36,252 nt of DNA from the UHGV virus genome UHGV-0046263; one strand, written 5' to 3'. This DNA comes from a virus. Of this stretch, positions 9,398-19,067 are shown in pieces. The position numbers were made by a program, and so were the translations under genes. Numbering within the stretch: the stretch's first letter is position 1; every line of letters begins with the position of its first letter. The notes under the pieces are model-generated. The model saw only the letters and a program-made list of their open reading frames with translations. It was not told the DNA's origin and searched no databases.

Positions 9398-10588
9398 ATG
9401 TTTATGGATAAATTTAAACCATACAGCAAATCCAATGCTCCTATCACAACACTTGAAAAGTTGTCAAAGGCTTTATCGATTTCTGTTGAAGAGCTTAAAG
9501 CTATTGCAGAATTATCATTAGATGAGAAATATACTCTAAAAGAAATTCCCAAAATTGACGGAAGCAAACGGATTGTCTACTCCCTACATCCTAAAATGAG
9601 ATTATTACAGAGTAGAATTAATAAACGTATTTTTAAGGAATTGGTTGTTTTTCCTTCATTTTTGTTTGGTTCAGTTCCCAGTAAAAATGATGTTTTAAAT
9701 TCTAATGTCAAACGTGACTATGTTTCATGTGCAAAGGCTCATTGTGGAGCAAAAACAGTTCTCAAGGTGGATATAAGTAATTTTTTCGATAATATCCATA
9801 GAGATCTGGTTAGGAGCGTGTTTGAGGAGATATTGCATATTAAGGATGAGGCTCTTGAATACTTGGTGGATATATGTACTAAGGATGATTTTGTCGTACA
9901 GGGGGCCTTAACATCAAGCTATATAGCAACTTTGTGTTTATTCGCTGTTGAAGGGGATGTGGTAAGACGTGCGCAGAGGAAAGGACTTGTTTATACGCGT
10001 TTGGTAGATGATATTACCGTGTCATCTAAAATAAGTAATTATGATTTTTCTCAAATGCAAAGCCATATAGAGAGGATGCTTTCTGAGCATGACTTGCCGA
10101 TAAATAAGCACAAAACAAAAATATTTCACTGTTCATCTGAACCTATAAAAGTACATGGTTTAAGAGTTGACTATGACTCACCTCGACTACCATCCGATGA
10201 AGTCAAAAGAATCAGGGCATCTATACATAATTTGAAATTACTGGCGGCAAAAAATAACACAAAAACAAGTGTTGCATACAGAAAAGAATTCAATAGATGT
10301 ATGGGGAGAGTGAATAAGCTTGGCCGTGTTGGGCATGAAAAATATGAATCATTCAAGAAACAGTTGCAGGCAATAAAACCGATGCCATCTAAAAGAGATG
10401 TTGCTGTGATTGATGCAGCTATAAAAAGTTTAGAGTTGTCGTATTCGAAAGGTAATCAAAATAAACATTGGTATAAAAGAAAATATGATTTGACGAGATA
10501 TAAGATGATTATTCTTACTCGCTCTGAATCATTTAAAGAAAAACTGGAGTGTTTTAAATCTAGATTGGCATCTTTAAAACCATTATGA
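9398..10588 (+). CDS. Retron-type reverse transcriptase (about 396 aa from the ATG at 9398)
   Basis: RT motifs in canonical order: LSKALSISVEEL, GSKRIVYSLHPKMRLLQ, CAKAH (NAxxH-like), LKVDISNFFDNI, QGALTSSYIATL, YTRLVDDITVS (YADD box reads LVDD), INKHKTKI, VHGL (VTG-like). Start uncertain (TTG 9314, ATG 9362, 9398 or 9404). Confidence 0.85.
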   Translation: MFMDKFKPYSKSNAPITTLEKLSKALSISVEELKAIAELSLDEKYTLKEIPKIDGSKRIVYSLHPKMRLLQSRINKRIFKELVVFPSFLFGSVPSKNDVLNSNVKRDYVSCAKAHCGAKTVLKVDISNFFDNIHRDLVRSVFEEILHIKDEALEYLVDICTKDDFVVQGALTSSYIATLCLFAVEGDVVRRAQRKGLVYTRLVDDITVSSKISNYDFSQMQSHIERMLSEHDLPINKHKTKIFHCSSEPIKVHGLRVDYDSPRLPSDEVKRIRASIHNLKLLAAKNNTKTSVAYRKEFNRCMGRVNKLGRVGHEKYESFKKQLQAIKPMPSKRDVAVIDAAIKSLELSYSKGNQNKHWYKRKYDLTRYKMIILTRSESFKEKLECFKSRLASLKPL

Positions 10589-11292
10589 ATGCAAATATTA
10601 GACTTCTCAAATATATTGTCGGTGTGTCGTCAGCTCTTTTTTTGATTTTTTCGCTAATTTCTCTTTTTGAAACTATTCAGAATGAAAAGCTATATGAGCG
10701 TGATATATGCTTCGATAGCCAGTGCTTAAAATTTTTTGCGGAAAAAACATCTGGTATAGTAATGTATTTTCAGGCGTTTGGATGGCTTATAACAACTTTT
10801 GTTACCGTTTTTGGTGTTATGATTGCTTTGATGACATATAACGCTGGAGTTAAAAATAATAATAATAGTAATTACACTAGTCATCTGACGATGTTTAGAG
10901 AATTTGCAAGTGCTGAGTTAACTAAAAGAAGTAGCATCTATCCAGAGAAAGTTAATTTTTTTAGATGGTATAGGGTTATGTTCCCTGAAGCGCAAGGCGG
11001 TGATATATCTGTTTCGAGAGATTATCTAGAAATAATATCTAGAATCAAATGTGTTATTGAGGAAGCCAATGCACATATTACAGAGGAAAATAAAGACTAT
11101 AAATATAAAACTCATCAGAGAAAAATGATGGCTGTTTTGGATGAAATCGGTATATCGATTAGTAATGGGCCCAAAAATATTTTTATTGAGGTTGAGAGTC
11201 AAATTTTGGATTATATCGATACTATTAATTTGTCATTTTGTCACTCCTCATCAGTGATAGAATTAAGTAGAGTAAAAAGGAAGTATATATAG
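10585..11292 (+). CDS. Two-transmembrane-helix protein, 235 aa, translationally coupled to the RT (candidate effector)
   Basis: ATGA start/stop overlap with the RT; hydrophobic segments IVGVSSALFLIFSLISLF and FQAFGWLITTFVTVFGVMIALMTY; AT-rich. Confidence 0.75.
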   Translation: MNANIRLLKYIVGVSSALFLIFSLISLFETIQNEKLYERDICFDSQCLKFFAEKTSGIVMYFQAFGWLITTFVTVFGVMIALMTYNAGVKNNNNSNYTSHLTMFREFASAELTKRSSIYPEKVNFFRWYRVMFPEAQGGDISVSRDYLEIISRIKCVIEEANAHITEENKDYKYKTHQRKMMAVLDEIGISISNGPKNIFIEVESQILDYIDTINLSFCHSSSVIELSRVKRKYI

Positions 11293-11294
11293 TT

Positions 11295-11323
11295 AAGTTG
11301 GCGGGATTGCATTCCGCCAACTT
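11295..11323. terminator. Bidirectional terminator hairpin between the 2-TM gene and Q
   Basis: Perfect 10-bp stem AAGTTGGCGG / CCGCCAACTT with a 9-nt loop, followed by an A/T-rich tract. Confidence 0.5.
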
Positions 11324-11334
11324 TATATATTTAC

Positions 11335-12354
11335 TTATAAGTTATAATCAAGGGATTTTATGACTTCCATATCTAACCATTCATTTATTGACTTTATTCT
11401 CTCCTGTAATGGAGTGAGTTCATTGCGGACAAAGACCTTTGCCACTTTTTCAATATCTCCTAGTGACCCGACATTCTCCGGCTTACCGCCCATCAACTGA
11501 AAGGGGATGCGGTGTGCGTCCAGGAGATCTGCGGCGCTGACTTTTTTGATATTAAAAAAATCGTCCTTCGTCGCCACTTCACTGAGGGGGATAATTTTAA
11601 TGCCGTCGGCTTTCCCCTGTGGGGCATAGAGAAACAGGTTTTTAAAGTTGTTGCGGCCTTTCGACTTCACCATGTTTTCGCGAAGCATTTCGATATCGTT
11701 GCGATCCTGCACGGCATCGGTGACATACATGATGTATCCGGCATGAGCGCCGTTTTCGTAATACTTGCGGCGGAACAGCGTGGCCGACTCATTCAGCCAG
11801 GCAGAGTTAAGGGCGCTGAGATATTCCGGCAGGCCGTACAGCTCCTGATTGATATCCGGCTCCAGCAGGTGAAACACGGAGCCGGGCGCGAAGGCTGTCG
11901 GCTCGTTGAAGGACGGCACCCACCAGTAAACATCCTCCTCCACGCCACGGCGGGTATATTTTGCCGGTGAGGTTTCCAGTCTGATGACCTTACCGGTGGT
12001 GCTGTAACGCTTTTCCAGAAACGCATTACCGAACACCAGAAAATCCAGCACAAAGCGGCTGAAATCCTGCTGGGAAAGCCACGGATGCGGGATAAATGTC
12101 GAGGCCAGAATATTGCGTTTGACGTAAATCGGCGAGCTGTGATGCACGGCAGCACGCAGGCTTTTCGCCAGACCGGTAAAGCTGACCGGCGGCTCATACC
12201 ATCTGCCGTTACTGATGCACTCGACGTAATCCAGAATGTCACGGCGGTCGAGTACCGGCACCGGCTCGCCAAAGGTGAATGCCTCCATTTTCGGGGCGCT
12301 GGCGGTCATTTTTTTTGCCGCAGGTTGCGGTGTTTTCCCTTTTTTCTTGCTCAT
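11335..12354 (-). CDS. Q: Portal protein
   Basis: 339 aa, position and orientation as P2 gpQ; start overlaps the P stop. Confidence 0.85.
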   Translation of the reverse strand: MSKKKGKTPQPAAKKMTASAPKMEAFTFGEPVPVLDRRDILDYVECISNGRWYEPPVSFTGLAKSLRAAVHHSSPIYVKRNILASTFIPHPWLSQQDFSRFVLDFLVFGNAFLEKRYSTTGKVIRLETSPAKYTRRGVEEDVYWWVPSFNEPTAFAPGSVFHLLEPDINQELYGLPEYLSALNSAWLNESATLFRRKYYENGAHAGYIMYVTDAVQDRNDIEMLRENMVKSKGRNNFKNLFLYAPQGKADGIKIIPLSEVATKDDFFNIKKVSAADLLDAHRIPFQLMGGKPENVGSLGDIEKVAKVFVRNELTPLQERIKSINEWLDMEVIKSLDYNL

Positions 12355-14126
12355 CAGTAAAACTCCAGAATGGTGGATGTCAGCGGGGTGCTGATACCGG
12401 CGGTGAGTGGCTCATTTAACAGGGCGTGCATGGTCGCCCAGGCGAGGTCGGCGTGGCTGGCTTCCTCGCTGCGGCTGGCCTCATAGGTGGCGCTGCGTCC
12501 GCTGCTGGTCATGGTCTTGCGGATAGCCATAAACGAGCTGGTGATGTCGGTGGCGCTGACGTCATATTCCAGACAGCCACGGCGGATGACGTCTTTTGCC
12601 TTGAGCACCATTGCGGTTTTCATTTCCGGCGTGTAGCGGATGTCGCGCGCGGCGGGATAGAACGAGCGCACGAGCTGGAACACGCCGACACCGAGGCCGG
12701 TGGCATCAATACCGATGTATTCGACGTTGTATTTTTCGGTGAGTTTGCGGATGGATTCAGCCTGAGTGGCAAAGTCCATGCCTTTCCACTGGTGACGCTC
12801 AAGGATCCTGAATTTGCCACCGGCCACCACCGGCGGTGCCAGTACCACGCATCCTGCGCTGTCGCCACGGTGTGACGGGTCGTAACCAATCCATACCGGT
12901 CGGGAGCCGAACGGATTTGCGGCAAACGGCGCATAGTCTTCCCATTCTTCCAGCGTGTCGACCATGCAGCGTTGCAGCTCCTCAAACGGGAACACCGACG
13001 CCTTGTCGTCAACAAATTCACACATGAACAGGTTTTTAAAATCGTCGGCGCTGTTTTCGCGTTTGAGCTGCTCAATGTCGAACAGCGTGCAGCCGCCTTT
13101 CAGGGCGTCCTCAATGGTGACAATCTGTCGCCACTGGCCGTCCGCACAGAGAAGCCCACCGGCAAGGGCGTTATGACTGACGTCGATTTCCACGCGTTCG
13201 GCGGCGCTGGCGCGTCCCCGGTTGAACAGTTCACCCGACCAGAACGGGTAGGCGTCGTGTGCCAGCGTGGACGGGGTGGAGAAATAGGTCGAGCGCAGGT
13301 GACTCTGTGAGGCCATACCTGATGCCACCTTACGCAGTACCTGAAAATTCGGGATCCAGAAAATCTCGTCGACGTACAGGTCGCCGTTATGGCTCTGCGC
13401 GGTGTTGGAGTTGGTGCCGAGAAAAATCAGTTTTGCGCCGTTATTGCCCAGGACAATCGGGTCACCGGTCAGGTCAACGTCAACCAGACGGGCAAAGGCG
13501 ATGATGTATTCGCGGAACACATACGCCTGCGTTTTACTGGCCGACAGAAAAATCTGGTTATGACCGGTTTTCAGGGCGCGCAGCAGCGCCTCGCGGGAAA
13601 AATAAAACGTCGCGCCAATCTGGCGGGATTTCAGGATATCGCGGATGCGGTGCTCAAGCCCGGCGCGATACCAGTGCAACTGATATTCGAAAGACTGCTC
13701 AAAGAAAATCTGCTCCAGCTTTTCGATGGCCTCGTCACTGAAAAAATTCTTTTTCGGTTTGCGCCGCCCGCCTTTGTTGCGGTTAGCGACGTTCGGATTA
13801 AGGTCTGCCTCGTTGCCGGTCTGGCTGTAGCGGTTGACCCGTGCCAGTCGTTCAATCTGGCGTCCCAGCAGGTCAATTTCCTTGAAGTCACCGCCGGTTT
13901 TCTGCGGTTTGATGATGAGCTGGGTCAGCCGCGCTTCCAGACTCATTTCGACACGGCTGATGGGGGCAACGCTGTCCCAGCCGTCGCGCTGTTTCCAGCT
14001 CTGCACCGTCGGGCGTTTCATCTGCAACATGGCGGCAATCTGCGGCACGGAAAACCCCTGCCAGTACAGCAGCGCCGCCTGACGACGCGGGTCGTGTAAA
14101 AGAGTGGTGTCTGTGGTGATGGTCAT
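12354..14126 (-). CDS. P: Terminase large subunit (ATPase)
   Basis: 590 aa from MTITTDTTLL (same length as P2 gpP); GAGGT ribosome-binding site; the longer ORF to 14156 is less likely. Confidence 0.9.
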   Translation of the reverse strand: MTITTDTTLLHDPRRQAALLYWQGFSVPQIAAMLQMKRPTVQSWKQRDGWDSVAPISRVEMSLEARLTQLIIKPQKTGGDFKEIDLLGRQIERLARVNRYSQTGNEADLNPNVANRNKGGRRKPKKNFFSDEAIEKLEQIFFEQSFEYQLHWYRAGLEHRIRDILKSRQIGATFYFSREALLRALKTGHNQIFLSASKTQAYVFREYIIAFARLVDVDLTGDPIVLGNNGAKLIFLGTNSNTAQSHNGDLYVDEIFWIPNFQVLRKVASGMASQSHLRSTYFSTPSTLAHDAYPFWSGELFNRGRASAAERVEIDVSHNALAGGLLCADGQWRQIVTIEDALKGGCTLFDIEQLKRENSADDFKNLFMCEFVDDKASVFPFEELQRCMVDTLEEWEDYAPFAANPFGSRPVWIGYDPSHRGDSAGCVVLAPPVVAGGKFRILERHQWKGMDFATQAESIRKLTEKYNVEYIGIDATGLGVGVFQLVRSFYPAARDIRYTPEMKTAMVLKAKDVIRRGCLEYDVSATDITSSFMAIRKTMTSSGRSATYEASRSEEASHADLAWATMHALLNEPLTAGISTPLTSTILEFY

Positions 14127-14192
14127 GAATACCTCGCCGTGATGAATACACGGCAAGGCTACTGAGTCGCGCCCTGCGATTCGCTAAGGTGC

Positions 14193-14198
14193 TGTTGT
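14193..14198 (+). promoter_or_regulatory. TGTTGT element in the P/O divergent late-promoter region (candidate Ogr-type activator half-site)
   Basis: Same hexamer recurs upstream of V (21374..21379) and FI (29711..29716); P2 late promoters carry a TGT-N12-ACA activator site. Confidence 0.3.
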
Positions 14199-14299
14199 GT
14201 CAGTGATAAGCCATCCGGGACTGATGGCGGAGGATGCGCATCGTCGGGAAACTGATGCCGACATGTGACTCCTCTAATCACTATTCAGGACTCCTGACA

Positions 14300-15154
14300 A
14301 TGGCAAAAAAAGTCTCAAAATTCTTTCGTATCGGCGTTGAGGGTGACACCTGTGACGGGCGTGTCATCAGTGCGCAGGATATTCAGGAAATGGCCGAAAC
14401 CTTTGACCCGCGAGTCTATGGTTGCCGCATTAACCTGGAACATCTGCGCGGCATCCTGCCTGACGGCATTTTTAAGCGTTATGGCGATGTGGTCGAACTG
14501 AAGGCCGAAAAGATTGACGATGATTCGGCGCTGAAAGGCAAATGGGCGCTGTTTGCGAAAATCACCCCGACCGATGACCTTATCGCGATGAACAAGGCCG
14601 CGCAGAAGGTCTATACCTCAATGGAAATTCAGCCGAACTTTGCCAATACCGGCAAATGTTATCTGGTGGGTCTGGCCGTCACCGATGACCCGGCAAGCCT
14701 CGGCACGGAATACCTGGAATTCTGCCGCACGGCAAAACACAACCCCCTGAACCGCTTCAAATTAAGCCCTGAAAACCTGATTTCAGTGGCAACGCCTGTT
14801 GAGCTGGAATTTGAAGACCTGCCTGAAACCGTGTTCACCGCCCTGACCGAAAAGGTGAAATCCATTTTTGGCCGCAAACAGGCCAGCGATGACGCCCGTC
14901 TGAATGACGTGCATGAAGCGGTGACCGCTGTTGCTGAACATGTGCAGGAAAAACTGAGCGCCACTGAGCAGCGCCTCGCTGAGATGGAAACCGCCTTTTC
15001 CGCACTTAAGCAGGAGGTGACTGACAGGGCGGATGAAACCAGCCAGGCATTCACCCGCCTGAAAAACAGCCTCGACCACACCGAAAGTCTGACCCAGCAG
15101 CGCCGCAGCAAGGCCACCGGCGGTGGCGGTGACGCCCTGATGACGAACTGCTGA
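14300..15154 (+). CDS. O: Capsid scaffold protein
   Basis: Starts MAKKVSKFFRIGVEGD as P2 gpO does; 284 aa. Confidence 0.85.
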   Translation: MAKKVSKFFRIGVEGDTCDGRVISAQDIQEMAETFDPRVYGCRINLEHLRGILPDGIFKRYGDVVELKAEKIDDDSALKGKWALFAKITPTDDLIAMNKAAQKVYTSMEIQPNFANTGKCYLVGLAVTDDPASLGTEYLEFCRTAKHNPLNRFKLSPENLISVATPVELEFEDLPETVFTALTEKVKSIFGRKQASDDARLNDVHEAVTAVAEHVQEKLSATEQRLAEMETAFSALKQEVTDRADETSQAFTRLKNSLDHTESLTQQRRSKATGGGGDALMTNC

Positions 15155-15212
15155 CCGGCGTCAGTCAGTCCGGGAAAACCTTCACGATTAACCCTTAATT
15201 TCAGGAAAAACT

Positions 15213-16286
15213 ATGCGCCAGGAAACCCGCTTTAAATTTAATGCCTACCTGTCCCGTGTTGCCGAACTGAACGGCATCGACGCCGGTGATGTGTCGAAAA
15301 AATTCACCGTTGAACCGTCGGTCACCCAGATCCTGATGAACACCATGCAGGAGTCCTCTGATTTTCTGACCCGCATCAACATTGTGCCGGTCAGCGAAAT
15401 GAAAGGGGAAAAAATTGGTATTGGTGTCACCGGCTCCATCGCCAGCACCACCGACACCGCCGGTGGCACCGAGCGTCAGCCGAAGGACTTCTCGAAGCTG
15501 GCGTCAAACAAGTACGAATGCGACCAGATTAACTTCGATTTTTATATCCGCTACAAAACGCTGGACCTGTGGGCGCGTTATCAGGATTTCCAGCTCCGTA
15601 TCCGTAACGCCATTATCAAACGCCAGTCCCTTGATTTCATCATGGCCGGTTTTAACGGCGTGAAGCGTGCCGAAACCTCTGACCGCAGCAGCAATCCGAT
15701 GCTGCAGGATGTGGCGGTCGGCTGGCTGCAGAAATACCGCAATGAAGCCCCGGCGCGCGTGATGAGCAAGGTTACTGACGAGGAAGGTCACACCACCTCT
15801 GAGGTCATCCGCGTGGGTAAGGGTGGTGATTATGCCAGCCTCGATGCACTGGTGATGGATGCGACCAACAACCTGATTGAGCCGTGGTATCAGGAAGACC
15901 CTGACCTTGTGGTGATTGTGGGGCGTCAGCTACTGGCGGACAAGTATTTCCCCATCGTTAACAAGGAGCAGGACAACAGCGAGATGCTGGCCGCTGACGT
16001 CATCATCAGCCAGAAACGCATCGGCAACCTGCCGGCGGTACGCGTCCCGTACTTCCCGGCGGATGCGATGCTCATCACGAAGCTGGAAAACCTGTCCATC
16101 TACTACATGGATGACAGCCATCGCCGCGTGATTGTGGAAAACCCGAAACTCGACCGCGTGGAGAACTACGAGTCAATGAACATTGATTACGTGGTGGAAG
16201 ACTACGCCGCCGGTTGTCTGGTGGAAAAAATTAAGGTCGGTGATTTCTCCACACCGGCTAAAGCGACCGCAGAGCCGGGAGCGTAA
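15213..16286 (+). CDS. N: Major capsid protein
   Basis: 357 aa, the same length and position as P2 gpN. Confidence 0.9.
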   Translation: MRQETRFKFNAYLSRVAELNGIDAGDVSKKFTVEPSVTQILMNTMQESSDFLTRINIVPVSEMKGEKIGIGVTGSIASTTDTAGGTERQPKDFSKLASNKYECDQINFDFYIRYKTLDLWARYQDFQLRIRNAIIKRQSLDFIMAGFNGVKRAETSDRSSNPMLQDVAVGWLQKYRNEAPARVMSKVTDEEGHTTSEVIRVGKGGDYASLDALVMDATNNLIEPWYQEDPDLVVIVGRQLLADKYFPIVNKEQDNSEMLAADVIISQKRIGNLPAVRVPYFPADAMLITKLENLSIYYMDDSHRRVIVENPKLDRVENYESMNIDYVVEDYAAGCLVEKIKVGDFSTPAKATAEPGA

Positions 16287-16289
16287 CCG

Positions 16290-17033
16290 ATGACGAGTCC
16301 CGCACAGCGCCACATGATGCGGGTCTCGGCAGCGATGACCGCGCAGCGGGAAGCCGCCCCGCTGCGACATGCAACTGTCTATGAGCAGATGCTGGTCAAG
16401 CTGGCCGCAGACCAGCGCACACTGAAAGCGATTTATTCAAAAGAGCTGAAGGCCGCGAAAAAACGCGAACTGCTGCCGTTCTGGTTGCCGTGGGTGAACG
16501 GCGTGCTGGAGCAGGGCAAAGGTGCACAGGATGACATTCTGATGACGGTCATGCTGTGGCGTCTGGATACCGGCGATATTGCCGGTGCGCTGGAGATTGC
16601 CCGTTATGCCCTGAAGTATGGTCTGACCATGCCGGGGAAACACCGCCGCACCCCGCCGTACATGTTCACCGAGGAGGTGGCGCTTGCGGCCATGCGCGCT
16701 CACGCTGCCGGTGAGTCTGTGGATCCCCGCCTGCTGACGGACACCCTTGAACTGACCGCCACGGCTGACATGCCTGATGAAGTGCGCGCAAAGCTGCACA
16801 AAATCACCGGTCTGTTTCTGCGTGACGCTGGTGATGCCGCCGGTGCGCTGGCGCACCTGCAACGTGCGACACAGCTCGACTGTCAGGCAGGCGTCAAAAA
16901 AGAGATTGAACGACTGGAGCGGGAGCTGAAACCGAAGCCGGAGCCGCAGCCCAAAGCGGCCACCCGCGCCCCGCGTAAGACCCGGAGCGTGACACCGGCA
17001 AAACGTGGACGCCCGAAAAAGAAAGCCAGTTAA
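16290..17033 (+). CDS. M: Terminase small subunit / endonuclease
   Basis: 247 aa as P2 gpM, with a basic C-terminal tail. Confidence 0.85.
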   Translation: MTSPAQRHMMRVSAAMTAQREAAPLRHATVYEQMLVKLAADQRTLKAIYSKELKAAKKRELLPFWLPWVNGVLEQGKGAQDDILMTVMLWRLDTGDIAGALEIARYALKYGLTMPGKHRRTPPYMFTEEVALAAMRAHAAGESVDPRLLTDTLELTATADMPDEVRAKLHKITGLFLRDAGDAAGALAHLQRATQLDCQAGVKKEIERLERELKPKPEPQPKAATRAPRKTRSVTPAKRGRPKKKAS

Positions 17034-17132
17034 CAACCGAATGCGCCCCGCGCCAGGGCGGCACGCCGGTCAGTGAGGGTGAATCACCTGACACTGCACC
17101 GGCGTCCACCGCCCGACTTTTCAGAGGTAGTC

Positions 17133-17642
17133 ATGATGACGCTGATTATTCCGCGAAAGGAGGCTCCCGTGTCCGGTGAGGGTACGGTGGTCATCCCGCA
17201 ACCGGCAGGCGACGAGCCGGTGATTAAAAACACGTTCTTTTTTCCCGATATCGACCCGAAGCGCGTCCGGGAACGTATGCGCCTTGAGCAGACCGTCGCC
17301 CCCGCCCGTCTGCGTGAGGCCATCAAGTCAGGCATGGCGGAGACGAATGCGGAGCTGTACGAGTACCGCGAACAGAAAATTGCCGCCGGTTTTACGTGTC
17401 TGGCGGAAGTCCCGGCGGACGACATCGACGGTGAAAGCATCAAAGTTTTTTACTACGAGCGCGCCGTGTGTGCGATGGCGACCGCGTCGCTTTATGAGCG
17501 TTATCGCGGCGTGGATGCCAGTGCCAAAGGCGACAAGAAGGCCGACAGCATTGACAGCACCATTGATGAGCTGTGGCGGGATATGCGCTGGGCAGTGGCG
17601 CGAATCCAGGACAAGCCGCGCTGCATTGTGAGTCAAATCTGA
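17133..17642 (+). CDS. L: Head completion protein
   Basis: 169 aa from MMTLIIPRKEAP; GAGGTAG ribosome-binding site; the upstream ORF extension is unlikely. Confidence 0.8.
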   Translation: MMTLIIPRKEAPVSGEGTVVIPQPAGDEPVIKNTFFFPDIDPKRVRERMRLEQTVAPARLREAIKSGMAETNAELYEYREQKIAAGFTCLAEVPADDIDGESIKVFYYERAVCAMATASLYERYRGVDASAKGDKKADSIDSTIDELWRDMRWAVARIQDKPRCIVSQI

Positions 17643-17845
17643 TGAAGACCTTTGCGCTACAGGGCGACACGCTCGACGCCATCTGTGTCCGGTATTACGG
17701 GCGCACTGAGGGCGTGGTCGAGGCCGTGCTCGCCGCAAATCCGGGACTGGCTGAACTGGGTGCGGTGCTGCCGCACGGCACCGCCGTCGAACTGCCCGAC
17801 GTTCAGACCGCGCCCGTGGCTGAAACTGTCAATCTGTGGGAGTAA
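17642..17845 (+). CDS. X: Tail protein X
   Basis: 67 aa from MKTFALQGD; start overlaps the L stop (TGATG). Confidence 0.75.
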   Translation: MKTFALQGDTLDAICVRYYGRTEGVVEAVLAANPGLAELGAVLPHGTAVELPDVQTAPVAETVNLWE

Positions 17846-17848
17846 CGC

Positions 17849-18130
17849 ATGACAGCAGAAGAAAAAAGCGTCCTGTCGCTTTTCATGATTGGGGTGCTGA
17901 TTGTTGTCGGCAAGGTGCTTGCCGGTGGTGAACCCATCACCCCGCGTCTGTTTATCGGGCGCATGTTACTCGGTGGTTTTGTCTCGATGGTTGCCGGTGT
18001 TGTTCTGGTGCAGTTTCCTGACCTGTCACTGCCTGCGGTGTGCGGCATCGGCTCCATGCTGGGTATCGCCGGTTATCAGGTGATTGAGATTGCCATTCAG
18101 CGCCGCTTTAAGGGCAGGGGGAAACCGTAA
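17849..18130 (+). CDS. Y: Holin
   Basis: 93 aa with hydrophobic helices and a charged C-terminus (RRFKGRGKP); the first gene of the lysis cassette. Confidence 0.8.
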   Translation: MTAEEKSVLSLFMIGVLIVVGKVLAGGEPITPRLFIGRMLLGGFVSMVAGVVLVQFPDLSLPAVCGIGSMLGIAGYQVIEIAIQRRFKGRGKP

Positions 18131-18627
18131 TGCCGGTAATTAACACGCATCAGAATATCGCCGCCTTTCTCGACATGCTGGCCGTGTCCGAAGGGACGGC
18201 GAATCATCCGCTGACGAAAAACCGGGGCTATGACGTGATAGTCACCGGACTGGACGGAAAGCCGGAAATTTTCACCGACTACAGTGACCACCCGTTCGCA
18301 CATGGCCGACCGGCGAAGGTGTTTAACCGTCGCGGTGAAAAATCAACGGCCTCCGGTCGCTATCAGCAGCTTTACCTGTTCTGGCCGCATTACCGCAAAC
18401 AGCTTGCCCTGCCGGATTTCAGTCCGTTGTCACAGGACAGACTCGCCATTCAGTTGATCCGCGAACGCGGTGCACTGGATGACATCCGGGCGGGACGCAT
18501 TGAACGCGCCATTTCACGCTGTCGCAATATCTGGGCGTCCCTGCCGGGTGCCGGTTACGGTCAGCGTGAGCATTCACTGGAAAAACTGGTCACCGTCTGG
18601 CGTACCGCTGGCGGCGTACCGGCTTAA
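18130..18627 (+). CDS. K: Endolysin
   Basis: 165 aa, P2 gpK length and position; ATG overlaps the holin stop. Confidence 0.85.
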   Translation: MPVINTHQNIAAFLDMLAVSEGTANHPLTKNRGYDVIVTGLDGKPEIFTDYSDHPFAHGRPAKVFNRRGEKSTASGRYQQLYLFWPHYRKQLALPDFSPLSQDRLAIQLIRERGALDDIRAGRIERAISRCRNIWASLPGAGYGQREHSLEKLVTVWRTAGGVPA

Positions 18628-18641
18628 ACGGAGTAAACACC

Positions 18642-19067
18642 ATGAAGAAATTATCCCTTTCACTGATGCTGAACGTGTCGCTGGCGCTGATGCTGGCACT
18701 GTCCCTGATTTACCCGCAGAGCGTGGCCGTCAGTTTTGTCGCCACCTGGGCGATTCTGGCGACGGTTATCTGTGTGGTTGCCGGTGGTGTCGGCATGTAT
18801 GCCACTGAGTATGTACTGGAACGCTACGGACGGGAGCTGCCGCCGGAATCGCTGGCCGTGAAGATTGTCACGTCGCTGTTTTTGCAGCCGGTGCCGTGGC
18901 GCAGACGGGCAGTGGCTCTGGTAGTGGTGGTGGCGACGTTTATCTCGCTGGTCGCTGCCGGGTGGATTTTTACCGCGCTGATTTATCTTGTGGCATCGGT
19001 GTTCTTCCGGTTGATACGTACGGCCTGCTGTCAGCGTTTTGAGGGGTGGGAACCATGTCAAGGCTGA
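18642..19067 (+). CDS. lysA: LysA, membrane lysis-timing protein
   Basis: 141 aa, multiple hydrophobic helices; P2 lysA position. Confidence 0.7.
   Translation: MKKLSLSLMLNVSLALMLALSLIYPQSVAVSFVATWAILATVICVVAGGVGMYATEYVLERYGRELPPESLAVKIVTSLFLQPVPWRRRAVALVVVVATFISLVAAGWIFTALIYLVASVFFRLIRTACCQRFEGWEPCQG

Noticed and set aside
9223-9567. 114-aa minus-strand ORF overlapping the RT start and candidate ncRNA
   Set aside because: Antisense to a well-supported RT and to a hairpin-rich region; no ribosome-binding site evidence.
11512-12360. Several ORFs overlapping or antisense to Q (for example 11512..11970, 11793..12272, 12085..12360)
   Set aside because: Overlap the portal gene, which is supported by P2 synteny and length; GC-rich antisense frames are commonly open by chance.
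12426-14151. Multiple ORFs of 60 to 236 aa overlapping or antisense to terminase gene P
   Set aside because: P is a full-length 590-aa match to the P2 terminase large subunit; these are chance open frames in GC-rich DNA.
14659-16370. Antisense and overlapping ORFs within O and N
   Set aside because: Capsid scaffold and major capsid genes fully explain the coding signal.
16437-18057. Minus-strand and alternative-frame ORFs overlapping M, L, X and the holin
   Set aside because: No ribosome-binding sites; they overlap conserved P2 genes.
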